The notes: a model not told the origin generated them from the letters alone. A stretch of 64,000 bases of DNA from Patescibacteria group bacterium (GCA_019752125.1 JAIEMM010000002.1:3062-67061), one strand, 5' to 3'; positions 36,624 to 47,534 are shown, numbered from the stretch's first letter. Program-made: numbers and translations.

Positions 36624-38825
36624 TTATTTTGCTACTGCGAGAGCTTCTTCAAATTTGACGGAGAGAAGTTTAGAAACTCCGTCAGAGCCCATAGTGATGC
36701 CATAGAGAACGCCAGCGCGGGACATAGTTTCTCGGTTGTGGGTGATCAAAATAAGCTGAGATTTTTCTGCCAAGCTCTCGATCATGTCGCCATAGCGGCG
36801 TGAGTTTGCTTCGTCGAGCGCAGCTTCTGTTTCATCAAGAATAAGGAATGGCGGCGGGTTTACCTGCGACATTGCAAAGATAAGTGCGATAGATGTAAGC
36901 GCGCGTTCACCACCTGAAAGCATGTGGAGGCCTTTGATGCGCTTGTGTGGAAGCGAAATACTAATTTCAACCCCAGCTTCAACCTCTTCTTGTTCCTCAT
37001 CTTCTTCATTACCTGAAGTTTCTCTCACCAACTGGAGCGCCGCAGTACCACCCCCAAACATAAGTTTGAAGAAACGGTCGAATTCCGTATTTATTTTATT
37101 CACACCTTCTTCAAAACGCACCTGCAGAGTTTGTGTAAGTTCAACAATCAACTGATTCAACGACTCTGTTGAAGCCTCTAAATCCATAAGTTCACGTGCC
37201 AAAAACGCATCTCGGTCTGAAGTTTCCTGGTGCTCTTTGAGCACCTCTGAAGAATTGCCCGCGCCAAGCTCTTCGAGTCGGATTTTCATTCGCTCTAGTT
37301 TTCGTCTACGTTCTTCCTGAACCATGCGTGGTTCATCAGCTACAGCCGCATCCGACAAAAACTCTCCCGCTTCATCACGCAGTACATGTTCTGCGTATGC
37401 ACCAACTTCACGCCCGAGCAACATGGCAGCGTCACCCACCTCACGTTTAAATTGCTCTGTATCACGGCCAAGAATTTCTTCACGGGCGCGTAAGCGAGCC
37501 AGGGTTGTTTCCAATTCACTTCGGCGTGCCATCGCAGAAAAGAGTTCGCGCTCAGCTTCACGATTTGCATCTTTTTCATTCTCAATTTTTGAACGCAGTT
37601 CTTTTACCGCCACCTCAATACGCTCTTGTTCTGCGCGCAACACACTGAGCTCGTGTTCAAGCTGTTGCTTGCGATTCTTAAGATCTTCAAGCGAAAGCCC
37701 TGGCGCCTCTTCTTTGTGTTGAATACGGTTTAAAAATTCTTTTGCAAATGAAACAAGAGCCAAGAGACGCTGCTTGACCTGCTCGCCATCAAGAGAAAGT
37801 AAGTCCCCGAGCCCGCGCTCTATATGCTCTGCAAATTCACGTACCTGTATGCCTGGCACAGAATCCTGCACCGTCTTTGCGATACGCTCATGGGCCTGCA
37901 TCTCACCCTCAAGACGCCCAATGTCACGCACCAAAGACGCTTCATGGGCTGCAACTTTACGTCCCGCACTTTCAAGTTCCATCAATTCGGACGCACCGCT
38001 GTCTCCTTGCTTCTTTGCGACTTCGCTACGGAGATGTGAGATTAGGGTTTCAAGTTTTGTGTATTCTGCTACCGGTGGTTCTTTTTCTTCTGCAAGCATT
38101 CCGCCCGCAACGGTTAGGTATACATGTTCACGTTTAAAATATTCGAGATATTGCTCTACCGTATCGTGACGTAGTTTTTCTGACTGTTCGATCTTCTTTA
38201 CCTGATTCTGTAAAAAGCGTAAGTGTGGCGCAAGTTCACGACGTAGACTTTCTACCTCTCGCATGTTTTCCGCAGTCTTTTCTAACTTTTTCTCTGCCTC
38301 TTCTTTTTTATACAAATACGCAGTAAGACCGAGTGCGTCTTCAAGCATCTCGCGACGTTCACGCGACGTTGATGAAAGAATGCGGTCTGCTTCGCCCTGC
38401 GAAATAATATGGTGGCCGGACGCGCCAATATTTGCCTGGCTCAAAAGTTCTGAAATGTCACGCAGACGTACCTGGCTGCCGTTAAGCAAATAGTCGTTGC
38501 CGCCATCGCGATGCACAACACGCTCAAGTGTTACTTCATCAAAATCTACATTGAGCGCTCTGTCTGTGTTATCAAACGTGAGTTTAACCGATGCACGACC
38601 GCCACGAGGTACCGCGGCCGAGCCGTTCCAAATCATGTCTTCGCCGCGCTTGCCACGCATAGACTTCATCGACTGCTCGCCGAGCACAAAACGGAAGGAT
38701 TCTGCAATATTACTTTTGCCTGAACCATTAGGACCGACAATAGCCGTAATCGCAGAGGCAAATTGCAACTCCGTTTTTCGTGCAAACGACTTAAACCCCG
38801 CCAGTTCTATCGACTTCAACCGCAT
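36624..38825 (-). CDS. smc: Short SMC-family ATPase
   Basis: GFKSF, GPNGSGKSN, ISQG, LSGGE, LDETEAALD, LITH; 733 aa. Confidence 0.88.
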   Translation of the reverse strand: MRLKSIELAGFKSFARKTELQFASAITAIVGPNGSGKSNIAESFRFVLGEQSMKSMRGKRGEDMIWNGSAAVPRGGRASVKLTFDNTDRALNVDFDEVTLERVVHRDGGNDYLLNGSQVRLRDISELLSQANIGASGHHIISQGEADRILSSTSRERREMLEDALGLTAYLYKKEEAEKKLEKTAENMREVESLRRELAPHLRFLQNQVKKIEQSEKLRHDTVEQYLEYFKREHVYLTVAGGMLAEEKEPPVAEYTKLETLISHLRSEVAKKQGDSGASELMELESAGRKVAAHEASLVRDIGRLEGEMQAHERIAKTVQDSVPGIQVREFAEHIERGLGDLLSLDGEQVKQRLLALVSFAKEFLNRIQHKEEAPGLSLEDLKNRKQQLEHELSVLRAEQERIEVAVKELRSKIENEKDANREAERELFSAMARRSELETTLARLRAREEILGRDTEQFKREVGDAAMLLGREVGAYAEHVLRDEAGEFLSDAAVADEPRMVQEERRRKLERMKIRLEELGAGNSSEVLKEHQETSDRDAFLARELMDLEASTESLNQLIVELTQTLQVRFEEGVNKINTEFDRFFKLMFGGGTAALQLVRETSGNEEDEEQEEVEAGVEISISLPHKRIKGLHMLSGGERALTSIALIFAMSQVNPPPFLILDETEAALDEANSRRYGDMIESLAEKSQLILITHNRETMSRAGVLYGITMGSDGVSKLLSVKFEEALAVAK

Positions 38826-38892
38826 TGGTTCTTATTGTAGCAAATAAATAAAGCTTTTCTCGCCACCAGTACAACTGGCACATATCGTTACT

Positions 38893-38918
38893 AAACAGTC
38901 CCATATATGGGACTGTTT
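38893..38918. repeat. Palindrome family C at the 3' end of the TrpR-like gene
   Basis: AAACAGTCCCATATATGGGACTGTTT, perfect 26-bp palindrome. Confidence 0.92.
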
Positions 38919-39376
38919 TATTTCTTCGGTTTACGTTTAGTTGGTGGATATATTGGCAACGACTCACCTTTCGGAGCTGGAAGAAATAAGTAATACAAAG
39001 GATATTTTTTCTTCAATCTATATGCCAAACTCGTTGCATATAAACGCTTTTGTGTTCTCTTTTTTAACTCCTTTTCAATTCCAGTAATTACGTGCTCATA
39101 GCCAAATATCTGGTCGTCGAGCCATCTTTGAACTCGACTTACAGTTGTTTTCCCGACACGCATTCGTCTTTGAATTGCATCGTATGATTCTCCAGCAAGA
39201 AGAAGCCGAGCGATAATAATGCGTCTTCCAAGCATAATTCGTTCGCTCTGAGTTAAAAGTTCTTTTAGAAAGAGTTTTGTCACTTCCCTTCCTTTCAACA
39301 CACTCGTAGCCGTATACAATGTATCGAGTGTGACTATGATTTCCTGTTTTGTAAGATCGTCAATTTTTCGTTTCAT
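38918..39376 (-). CDS. TrpR/YerC-YecD-like helix-turn-helix protein
   Basis: FLKELLTQSERIMLGRRIIIARLL..GESY..I....VGKTTVSRV; AT-rich gene. Confidence 0.85.
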   Translation of the reverse strand: MKRKIDDLTKQEIIVTLDTLYTATSVLKGREVTKLFLKELLTQSERIMLGRRIIIARLLLAGESYDAIQRRMRVGKTTVSRVQRWLDDQIFGYEHVITGIEKELKKRTQKRLYATSLAYRLKKKYPLYYLFLPAPKGESLPIYPPTKRKPKK

Positions 39377-39377
39377 A

Positions 39378-39397
39378 CAGTCCCATATATGGGACTG
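39378..39397. repeat. Palindrome family C at the 5' end of the TrpR-like gene
   Basis: CAGTCCCATATATGGGACTG, perfect 20-bp palindrome 1 nt from the ATG. Confidence 0.92.
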
Positions 39398-39523
39398 ATT
39401 GTACGCAGAAGGTGATGTGGGAGTTTTAAAGTAGTTGTAAGTTATTTCTGAACTAACAGATTACATTTACAGCAAAAGAAAAGGGCCGCAGTCTTGGCGT
39501 GTACTGCGGACCTAACGGGGATT

Positions 39524-39805
39524 CTACCCCTTCCACCCAAGCTGGGTCAGATTCCTGATCAAAGTGCCAGTAGGGGCGCACCGAACTTCAGGGCCGAAGA
39601 ACTCGAATGTACCGCCAGGGCGCTCGTCCGTATAGAGGACCTTGAACCGTCCGTCTTTCTGAACGAGCTCGATGGCAATCCAGCTGCCGCGCACATCCCA
39701 CTTCACATAGTAGCGATTGCCTTGGAACGGGCCCGTCCGGAAGCAACGCCCCGGCTCGATTTCATCGAAACTTTTAGTTTCCGGCTTCTTTACAGCCACT
39801 GCCAT
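39524..39805 (-). CDS. Orphan small protein
   Basis: AAAGGAG SD; downstream hairpin CCGCAGT/ACTGCGG with T-run. Confidence 0.6.
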   Translation of the reverse strand: MAVAVKKPETKSFDEIEPGRCFRTGPFQGNRYYVKWDVRGSWIAIELVQKDGRFKVLYTDERPGGTFEFFGPEVRCAPTGTLIRNLTQLGWKG

Positions 39806-39844
39806 GACAGTCTCCTTTTTGTGCTCGTCGAGATTACCGTACCA

Positions 39845-40537
39845 TTACCAACCCTTAGCGTCGAGGGCGGCGCGAGCTGCAGCTTGTTCCGCATCTTGTT
39901 TAGAACGGCCTTCGCCTTGAGCCAGCATTGCACTGCTTGCGTATACCCCAACAAGGAAGTGTTTATCGTGGTCTGGGCCAGTCTCTTTTATGACAGAGTA
40001 GTGTGGTGTCATTCCTTCATGCTCCTGCACTTTTTCTTGAAGCGTTGATTTTGCATCCTGCCATAGACGGTCTTTGATGATTATGTCCATCTTTGGGAAT
40101 ACGTGGTCGGTGATGAATTTTTTCGCTGCATCATACCCAAGGTCCAAATAAATGGCACCGACAACCGCCTCGAATGCATTTGCCAACAATATTTGTCGTG
40201 CACGACCAGTATCTTTTGCCTCTCCTTTTGAAAGCAAGAGATAGTCGTTCATCCCAATAGAGGCGGCAATATCTGAAAGCGTCACAGCATTTACCAGTGC
40301 CGCGCGATATGCAGTGAGGTCACCTTCGTGTTTGTCCGGATATGTCGTATAGAGAAAATGCGTTGACACAAGTTCAAGCACGGCGTCGCCTAAAAACTCG
40401 AGACGCTCATTGTGCCCCAAGTCATACCCTCGGTGTTCGTTTAAATACGAACGATGTGTAAAAGCCTGCCGGAGCAGATTTGCGTCATTAAATGTAAAAC
40501 CTATCTTTTCTTCGAATGACTGAAAGTCTTTGTCCAT
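39845..40537 (-). CDS. rnc: Ribonuclease III
   Basis: AFTHRS, NERLEFLGDAVL, dsRBD with GPDH. Confidence 0.97.
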   Translation of the reverse strand: MDKDFQSFEEKIGFTFNDANLLRQAFTHRSYLNEHRGYDLGHNERLEFLGDAVLELVSTHFLYTTYPDKHEGDLTAYRAALVNAVTLSDIAASIGMNDYLLLSKGEAKDTGRARQILLANAFEAVVGAIYLDLGYDAAKKFITDHVFPKMDIIIKDRLWQDAKSTLQEKVQEHEGMTPHYSVIKETGPDHDKHFLVGVYASSAMLAQGEGRSKQDAEQAAARAALDAKGW

Positions 40538-40546
40538 GTGTCTGTC

Positions 40547-41461
40547 TTATTTTTTTACTTGGTTTTGGATGGCTTGCAGCGCCTTCGTTATGAGGGGCAA
40601 CATATCATCATAAAAGTTCAGCTCGAGCGCATCCTGCATACGGAACCATCGAGCGTCGTCGAGGCCGCCAGTCTGTTTGAGCGATATCTCTCCGTACGGT
40701 GCTTCTGCAAGAAAGTATGTAACATGCTTGCGCTTCTTACCAGTCTTTGGGTCTGAGGCAACGTATTCGTTCTCGCCCACTTTTTCAATAAGCTTGATAT
40801 CAAGCCCCATCTCTTCTTTTATTTCGCGAATGGTTCCCTCTTCAACAGTTTCGTTGGCAAACTCGGGCTTATCGCCTATTTTGCCCTTAGAGAGAGTCCA
40901 GTGGCCAAATATATCGTGCACAAGCGCAAGATATATATCTCCTTGGTGTCGTCCAAATACGATAGCGCCACCTAGATGCTGAACGGGTAGTTCTGCATAC
41001 GGCACATCTTTTTTCTTTTTTGAAACTTCATCCTTACCCGGCTCGCCCAACTCTTTATAAACGGCACCGAGCACACCGTTGACAAACCTGCCGCTGTTTT
41101 CACCACCGAAGTTCTTTGCAAGTTCAATTGCTTCGTTGATAGCGACTTTTGCTGGCACCTTTTCACGGTCAGCAAATAAAAGTTCGTATAGACCTAGACG
41201 GAGTACGTTTCTGTCTACAAGTGCTATACGGTCGAGCGGCCATTCAGGGGCAGCTTTTTCAATCACTAAATCTAAATCGGCGCGGCGGTCTATAACACCC
41301 TGAAACAACTCCTCCATAAATGGAAGGTCGCCGGCGCCTGATGCAAATTCGCCTGCGTTTCTTTCAAGTGCCCCATCAAGAGCCTCTTTATTAGAATCAC
41401 GGAAATCCCATTCAAAGAGAGTTTGGAGGACGACTGATCGTGATAGATGTCTATTTGCCAT
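40547..41461 (-). CDS. nusB: NusB fused to a C-terminal Nudix domain
   Basis: DRNVLRLG.YEL, VAINEAIELAK.FG, FVNGVLG; then KG...TIREIKEEMG Nudix box. Confidence 0.92.
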   Translation of the reverse strand: MANRHLSRSVVLQTLFEWDFRDSNKEALDGALERNAGEFASGAGDLPFMEELFQGVIDRRADLDLVIEKAAPEWPLDRIALVDRNVLRLGLYELLFADREKVPAKVAINEAIELAKNFGGENSGRFVNGVLGAVYKELGEPGKDEVSKKKKDVPYAELPVQHLGGAIVFGRHQGDIYLALVHDIFGHWTLSKGKIGDKPEFANETVEEGTIREIKEEMGLDIKLIEKVGENEYVASDPKTGKKRKHVTYFLAEAPYGEISLKQTGGLDDARWFRMQDALELNFYDDMLPLITKALQAIQNQVKK

Positions 41462-41466
41462 ATGTC

Positions 41467-41482
41467 TTCGCCAGCTGGCGAA
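41467..41482. repeat. Palindrome family A variant upstream of nusB
   Basis: TTCGCCAGCTGGCGAA. Confidence 0.8.
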
Positions 41483-41536
41483 AAAGAACTAACAAACCCG
41501 AACCGCCCAGAGATAGAACCAAGAGCCAGCCTAGAA

Positions 41537-41761
41537 TTACTTGCTTGCCTCGCTCTTGCTTCCAGCCTTTGCTGCCTTGCGTTTTGCCTTAGCGGCAACG
41601 TCGATGACAACACGTCCACGGTAGCGACCGCACTGTGCACATGCGCGGTGCGATACGCGAACAGCTCCACACTCGCATTTAGCGAGCGTCTTAGCTACAA
41701 GCGCATGGTGCGAACGGCGGTTTGCCGTGTGCGCGCGCGTATGTCTCATTCGGACTACCAT
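41537..41761 (-). CDS. rpmF: 50S ribosomal protein L32
   Basis: RRSHHAL, CECG...HRACAQCGRYRGR. Confidence 0.92.
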   Translation of the reverse strand: MVVRMRHTRAHTANRRSHHALVAKTLAKCECGAVRVSHRACAQCGRYRGRVVIDVAAKAKRKAAKAGSKSEASK

Positions 41762-41783
41762 GCCGCTACCATACCAAATAAGG

Positions 41784-42365
41784 TCAAAAATGACAATACG
41801 TCCTTCTGTGTACTTCGGAGATTCCAACGCGCGCGATGATATCCCGATGTCTCTTCGTCCCGTAGCCTTTATGGATTTCGAATCCGTATTCTGGGTACTG
41901 TTTGCCCAACCTGCACATCAAACGATCTCTCGAAACTTTTGCAACAATGGAGGCTAGTGAAATAATTGGCTCTGTCGCGTCGCCTCTAATAATGGTTTGT
42001 TGACTATATTCTTCTGGCGCAGAAAGTAATCCATCGAGTAGCACGTGGACGCCTTTTGGTTTTGGAGCAAGAGAACGGACGCCGCTAAAAATTCCCTTTC
42101 TTACAACTTTAGTAATACCGATGTCATCGATCATCGTATGTGATCCGAAGCGCACGCAAAAATTTATAGTTCCTGCTTTCTTTAACTCAACAGCAATTTC
42201 ATACAACTCCTCCCTTTTCTTTTCAGTAAGTTGCTTTGAATCGTTGATTCCAGGGAAGGCTTTTTTGATATTAAAACCAACAGGGACTGAGACAATTCCT
42301 ACAGAAACTGGCCCCGCCAATGGCCCCCTGCCCGCTTCATCCACCCCAACAAGAATCTTTTTCAC
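41784..42365 (-). CDS. rnhB: Ribonuclease HII
   Basis: GVDEAGRGPLAGPV, DSK, LDG, ASIVAKV.RD, HKGYGT; GTG start. Confidence 0.95.
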   Translation of the reverse strand: MKKILVGVDEAGRGPLAGPVSVGIVSVPVGFNIKKAFPGINDSKQLTEKKREELYEIAVELKKAGTINFCVRFGSHTMIDDIGITKVVRKGIFSGVRSLAPKPKGVHVLLDGLLSAPEEYSQQTIIRGDATEPIISLASIVAKVSRDRLMCRLGKQYPEYGFEIHKGYGTKRHRDIIARVGISEVHRRTYCHF

Positions 42366-42371
42366 CTCTAG

Positions 42372-42379
42372 AGTATAAT
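42372..42379. promoter_or_regulatory. Overlapping bidirectional -10 element
   Basis: AGTATAAT reads TATAAT (+) before dnaE and TATACT (-) before rnhB, each 6-7 nt from the start codon. Confidence 0.6.
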
Positions 42380-42386
42380 CCAAACA

Positions 42387-45367
42387 TGGCTGCGAAATTT
42401 ACCCACCTTCACGTCCATTCGCACTATTCTCTCCTTGGCGCACTGCCAAAAATCCCTGCCCTGGTTGCTATGGCAAAAGAGCGCGGACTCGAGACACTGG
42501 CCCTTACGGATATCAACAACCTCTACGGAGCGATTGAGTTTATAAAGGAATGTAAAAGCGCTGGTATTAAACCCATAGTTGGTGTTGATGTTGAACTTGA
42601 GACAAACGGACGTCTTATCCTGCTCGCAGAAAACGAGATGGGGTATAAAAATTTGCTTGCGCTTGTTACCGACTCATATTTTAGAGAGGCAGAAGGCTCG
42701 CCAGTCGTGACACATGAGATGCTGCGCGCACGTAAAGAAGGGATTATTGCCATTACGCCGCCTCGCCTTAAAGAGACGAAGGAGCTGCGAGAGATATTTG
42801 GTGCAGACAATTTATATACAGATGTAGCGCTCCATGAGATTTTCTATCTGAACCCGGAAGACCGTCGCGCATGGGAGACAATGCGAAAAATTGCACACAA
42901 CGACAACGCTGAGGGCAATAACGCATACCTTGAAGAGGAAGATTTCCACTTCCCTACCACTGCCGAAATGGAAGAGGAATTTTCAGAAGAACAGTTGGCA
43001 AAGACAATTGAAATTGCCGCACGCTGCAATCTTGAGCTTAAACTCGGCTCATGGGTATTCCCGGATATTCCTCTGCCAGAAGGCTCAACGTATGACCAAG
43101 AGCTTCGACGTTTGATTGAAGAAGGTTTACAGAAACTTGGGCTCGGCACTCCTGTCGTACGCGAACGCATAGAGTACGAATACAAAATTATTTGCGACAA
43201 AGGTTATTCTCCATACTTCCTTGTAGTGGCCGACCTTCTTAACTTCGCACGTACGAACGGCATTTTGACTACTATCCGCGGTTCGGTCGCAGGCTCGATG
43301 GTTACGTATGTCATCGGTATCACCAACGTGAACCCGCTTGAGTACAAACTGCCCTTTGAACGCTTTTTGAACCCGCAGCGTCCCAGCGCCCCCGATATCG
43401 ACATGGACTACGCCGACAACAGACGCGATGAAATGATCGATTACGTCCGCAGAAAATACGGCGAGGCCCATGTCGCACAAATTGGTACCTTCGGTACGAT
43501 GCTTGCGCGCGGCGTCGTCCGCGATGTTGCCCGTGCCTTGGGTTATCCATATGGACTTGGCGACCGTATCGCAAAAGAAATCCCCATGGGCAGCCAAGGC
43601 TTCCCCATGACCCTTGAACGCGCGCTCGTCGAGAATCCAGTTCTCGCAAAGATGTGTAAAGCAGACCCAGAAATGCAAGAAGTTATTGAGCTGGGTAAGA
43701 AACTTGAAGGATGCGCTCGACACATCTCCGTGCATGCTGCCGGCGTAGTTATTTCTCCGAAACCGCTTGTTGAATACACACCGCTCCAAAAAGATCCTAA
43801 GGGCGGCAAAATTATTACTCAATACGACATGTACTCAGTTGAAGAAGCCGGCTTGCTTAAATTCGACTTCCTCGGCATTCGAAACTTGGCAATTCTTGCG
43901 CACGCAGTGGAGCTTGTAGAAAAAATTACAGGTGAACGTGTCGAGATTGAACGTATTCCGGTTGATGACCAGAAAACATTCGAAATGCTTGCGCGCGGCG
44001 AGACAGAAGGAACCTTCCAGCTCAACGGCAGCGGCATGACACGCTACCTAAAAGAGCTCAAGCCAACGACAATCCATGACATCAACGCGATGGTGGCATT
44101 GTTCCGTCCAGGCCCGATGGAAACGATTCCTCAATATATTGAACGCAAACACAACCCGCATCTCGTCCACTATTTGGACCCTCGCATGAAAGATTATTTG
44201 GAGAACTCGCACGGCGTTATCGTATACCAGGATGACGTTCTTCTTACCTCTATTACGCTTGCGGGATATTCGTGGCTTGAAGCAGACACGCTCCGCAAGG
44301 CTATGGGTAAGAAAATCCCTGAAGTAATGGAGAAAGAAAAAGAAAAACTTCTTAAGGGCTTTGTAGAATATGGGAAACTCTCTCCTTCTCTTGCAGAAAG
44401 ACTGTGGAAGCTTATCGAGCCATTCGCCGCGTATGGTTTTAACAAAGCGCACGCTGCGAGCTATGGAAAAGTAGCGTATCAAACGGCGTACATGAAAGCG
44501 CACTACCCTGCGCCCTACATGGCCGCAGTACTTACGGCAGAGTCCGGCAACCTCGACACAATCTCTGTGATGGTTGCCGAATGTAAGCGTATGGGTATTG
44601 AAATTTTGCCACCCGACATTAACGAAAGTTTCGGCGACTTCACGGTGGTTACAAATGCAATTCGCTTCGGTCTCTATTCTATAAAAAACTTCGGGCAGGG
44701 CGTGGCAGATGCGATCATCGCAGAGCGGAAAGCAAACGGGGCATTCATTTCGCTTTCTGATTTCCTTACGCGCGTCAGCTCGACCAGCTTAAATAAAAAA
44801 GGTCTTGAGTCACTCATCCAGTGCGGCGCACTCGACTCGTTTGGCGAACGCGGGCAAATGCTCGCAAACTTAGAGCTCCTTCTGCAATACCACCGCGATG
44901 CAGGCACAGAGCAATCACAGGACTCTTTGTTTGCAGGGTTGGAGAGTAACAGCTCCGATATTCAACTAAAAGACGCTCCAGCTGCAACTACTCCAGAGCG
45001 TTTGGTGTGGGAAAAAGAACTATTGGGTCTCTACGTTTCTGGCCATCCACTAGACCAACATCGTGAAAAACTTTCCAAGCGCCCGATGACTATTGAACAA
45101 ATGAAACAGCGCATCATGCCTGGCATGACCGCAGTTGCAGCTGGCATGATAGAAGATGTCCGCACACTCCTGACACGCGGCGGCGACCAGATGGCATTTA
45201 TAAAAATCGCTGACTTCGATGGCTCTATCGAAGCAGTAGTATTCCCAAAAAGTTTCGAAGAGTACAAAACTATTCTCAAGCCCGATACCTGCATTGCCCT
45301 CAAGGGTCGTCTTTCAAACCGCAATGGCGAGCTTTCCATGGTTGCCGAGGCACTCAAAGCGCTGTAA
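42387..45367 (+). CDS. dnaE: DNA polymerase III alpha subunit
   Basis: HLHVHSHYS PHP domain, RGSVAGS, PDIDMD, KFDFLG, YGFNKAHA, OB fold. Confidence 0.97.
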
Positions 45368-45379
45368 TCTTTGCTATAT

Positions 45380-46594
45380 ATGGAAGAACGCGACCACCGA
45401 ATCATTGGCAAGGAACTAGACCTGTTTACATTTTCTGACCTTGTCGGATCAGGTCTCCCACTTTGGACACCCAAAGGTACAACATTTAGAACTGAGCTGG
45501 ATACATTTATCTGGGAAATGCGCGAAGCGCGTGGATATGAACGCGTAACTATTCCCCACATTACAAAGCGCGACTTGTACGAAAAGTCGGGACATTGGGA
45601 CAAATTTGCTGAAGATCTTTTTAAGATCACATCACGCGAAGGTCGCGAATATGCGATGAAGCCGATGAACTGCCCGCACCATACGCAGATTTTTGACCGC
45701 CACCCTCACAGCTACCGTCAGATGCCGCAGCGCTATGCGGAAACTACAATGGTGTACCGCGATGAACAGTCGGGAGAACTCGGCGGCCTTACCCGCGTGC
45801 TTTCGATCACTCAAGATGACGCACACGTTTTCTGCCGTACAACTCAAGTACGCGAAGAATTCCTAAAGATCTGGGACATGGTGGATGAATTCTACAAAAA
45901 ATTCGGATTCACCTTGCGTGTCCGCCTTTCTTTCCGCGACCCAGCCGCACCTGAAAAATACATCGGCACTCCTGCTGTATGGGATGCTGCAGAAGCAGAG
46001 CTTCGCAGCCTCGCAGAAGAACGCGGCGCAGATACATTTGAAGGACCCGGCGAAGCTGCTCTGTACGGACCAAAGCTCGACTTTATGGCAAAGAACGCAG
46101 CGGGCCGCGAATGGCAAGTTGCAACTATCCAGCTCGACATGAACATTCCTGAACGCTTTGACCTCACCTGCATAAACGAAAAAGGAGAAAAAGAACGCAT
46201 CGTGATGATACACGCCGCTATCGCAGGTTCTCTTGAACGCTGCGCAGCAGTGCTTCTTGAACACTTTGATGGAAAACTTCCACTCTGGCTCTCGCCTGTA
46301 CAAGTTGCCATCCTTCCTGTTGGCGAAGGTCACCACGCATACGCAAAAGAAGTGTTTGCTCAGCTAAAAAGTGCTGGTATCCGCGCAGAACTTTCTATGG
46401 ACGAATCTCTCGGCAAGCGTATCCGTGGAACAAAAGAGCAGCGCGTTCCCTGCTTTATCGTTGTCGGTGACAAAGAAGTTGCTGAAGGCACGATAACGGT
46501 TGAGAACAACCGCAATGGTGACAAAGCTACTGTCTCAATTGCAGATTTTGTCGCGCCAACTCTCGAGCGCATCAAAGAACGCGCAAATATTTAA
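45380..46594 (+). CDS. thrS: Threonine--tRNA ligase lacking N-terminal TGS/editing domains
   Basis: Starts at RDHR.IGKELDLF; KPMNCP, TQDDAH, YGPKLD, GSLER. Confidence 0.95.
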   Translation: MEERDHRIIGKELDLFTFSDLVGSGLPLWTPKGTTFRTELDTFIWEMREARGYERVTIPHITKRDLYEKSGHWDKFAEDLFKITSREGREYAMKPMNCPHHTQIFDRHPHSYRQMPQRYAETTMVYRDEQSGELGGLTRVLSITQDDAHVFCRTTQVREEFLKIWDMVDEFYKKFGFTLRVRLSFRDPAAPEKYIGTPAVWDAAEAELRSLAEERGADTFEGPGEAALYGPKLDFMAKNAAGREWQVATIQLDMNIPERFDLTCINEKGEKERIVMIHAAIAGSLERCAAVLLEHFDGKLPLWLSPVQVAILPVGEGHHAYAKEVFAQLKSAGIRAELSMDESLGKRIRGTKEQRVPCFIVVGDKEVAEGTITVENNRNGDKATVSIADFVAPTLERIKERANI

Positions 46595-47459
46595 CGATAG
46601 AATTTTGAACCCGCTTCACTATCAATAGATAGGCTCCGAGCGCTGCCCATAAAAACAAGAACGCCCAGTACGCTATCGTCCCACCCATTCCAAGCTCAAG
46701 ACCTGTGTATGGTATTTGAGAAAGCGTAACAACAGGAGTAGGTAGTGGCACATACATCGGCGCTTCATATCTATAGTTATAGTGTGGACGATAATTGTTG
46801 TACGCAATATTATTTTGCAATAAGTTACAGGTTGGATACACACCGGCATATCCTTGCGGACATCCTGTCGCAAAACTGTACGAGCCGTTTTGATAGTTTG
46901 AATACGAGTTAGTGGTCGTATTTGTTGTGTTATACGAGCTGCTGTTCGTCGTGTTGTTGGTTGTGTTGCAACTGTTGTTTATACAGGAATTGTTAGTTGC
47001 TGTTGTTACCACAACACAGTTAGGAAACGTGCCGGTTGTGCCCGCAGGACAAAGGACTGGTGCAGGTGGAGGCACGGGAGGAGCGACCACAGGAGAAACT
47101 GAGCTTCCGCCTCCACCACCGCCTCCGCCCACACTGCCTCCCCCAACACCGCCGCTGCCGTCATCACCGCTTCCACCGCCACCAGCGTCGCCTCCGCCGC
47201 CACAGCATCCGCCGCCGCTGCCAGCGTCACCTCCACCGTCGCCCCCAGCACCGCCACCTGCGCCGCCATCACCTCCAGCGCCCCCGCCGCCATCGCCACC
47301 ACCATCGCCTCCTCCACCGCCATCTTGTGCGTGAACAATAGTCCCGTGGAAAAATGCGCTTCCAAGCCCATGGCCAGCAAAGTTAGTTACAAGCGCTGCA
47401 ATAAAAATAAAGCCGGTTGCCAATACAACTCCTCCGATAATCCGTAATAAATGCGACAT
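46572..47459 (-). CDS. Gly-rich secreted protein with IPYTG sorting signal
   Basis: Signal ending VHAQD; Gly/Asp tract; QIPYTG then TM then VKR. Confidence 0.8.
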   Translation of the reverse strand: MSHLLRIIGGVVLATGFIFIAALVTNFAGHGLGSAFFHGTIVHAQDGGGGGDGGGDGGGGAGGDGGAGGGAGGDGGGDAGSGGGCCGGGGDAGGGGSGDDGSGGVGGGSVGGGGGGGGSSVSPVVAPPVPPPAPVLCPAGTTGTFPNCVVVTTATNNSCINNSCNTTNNTTNSSSYNTTNTTTNSYSNYQNGSYSFATGCPQGYAGVYPTCNLLQNNIAYNNYRPHYNYRYEAPMYVPLPTPVVTLSQIPYTGLELGMGGTIAYWAFLFLWAALGAYLLIVKRVQNSIVKYLRVL

Positions 47460-47534
47460 ATAGGTAATGATTTTATTAATAGTGTGCTGAATATTTGATG
47501 AGGTTTTCATAAAAAATCGGAGGAGGCTTTCGCC

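Noticed and set aside
46912-47334. Pro-rich plus-strand ORF
   Set aside because: Antisense shadow of the Gly-rich gene, which has the signal peptide and sorting signal
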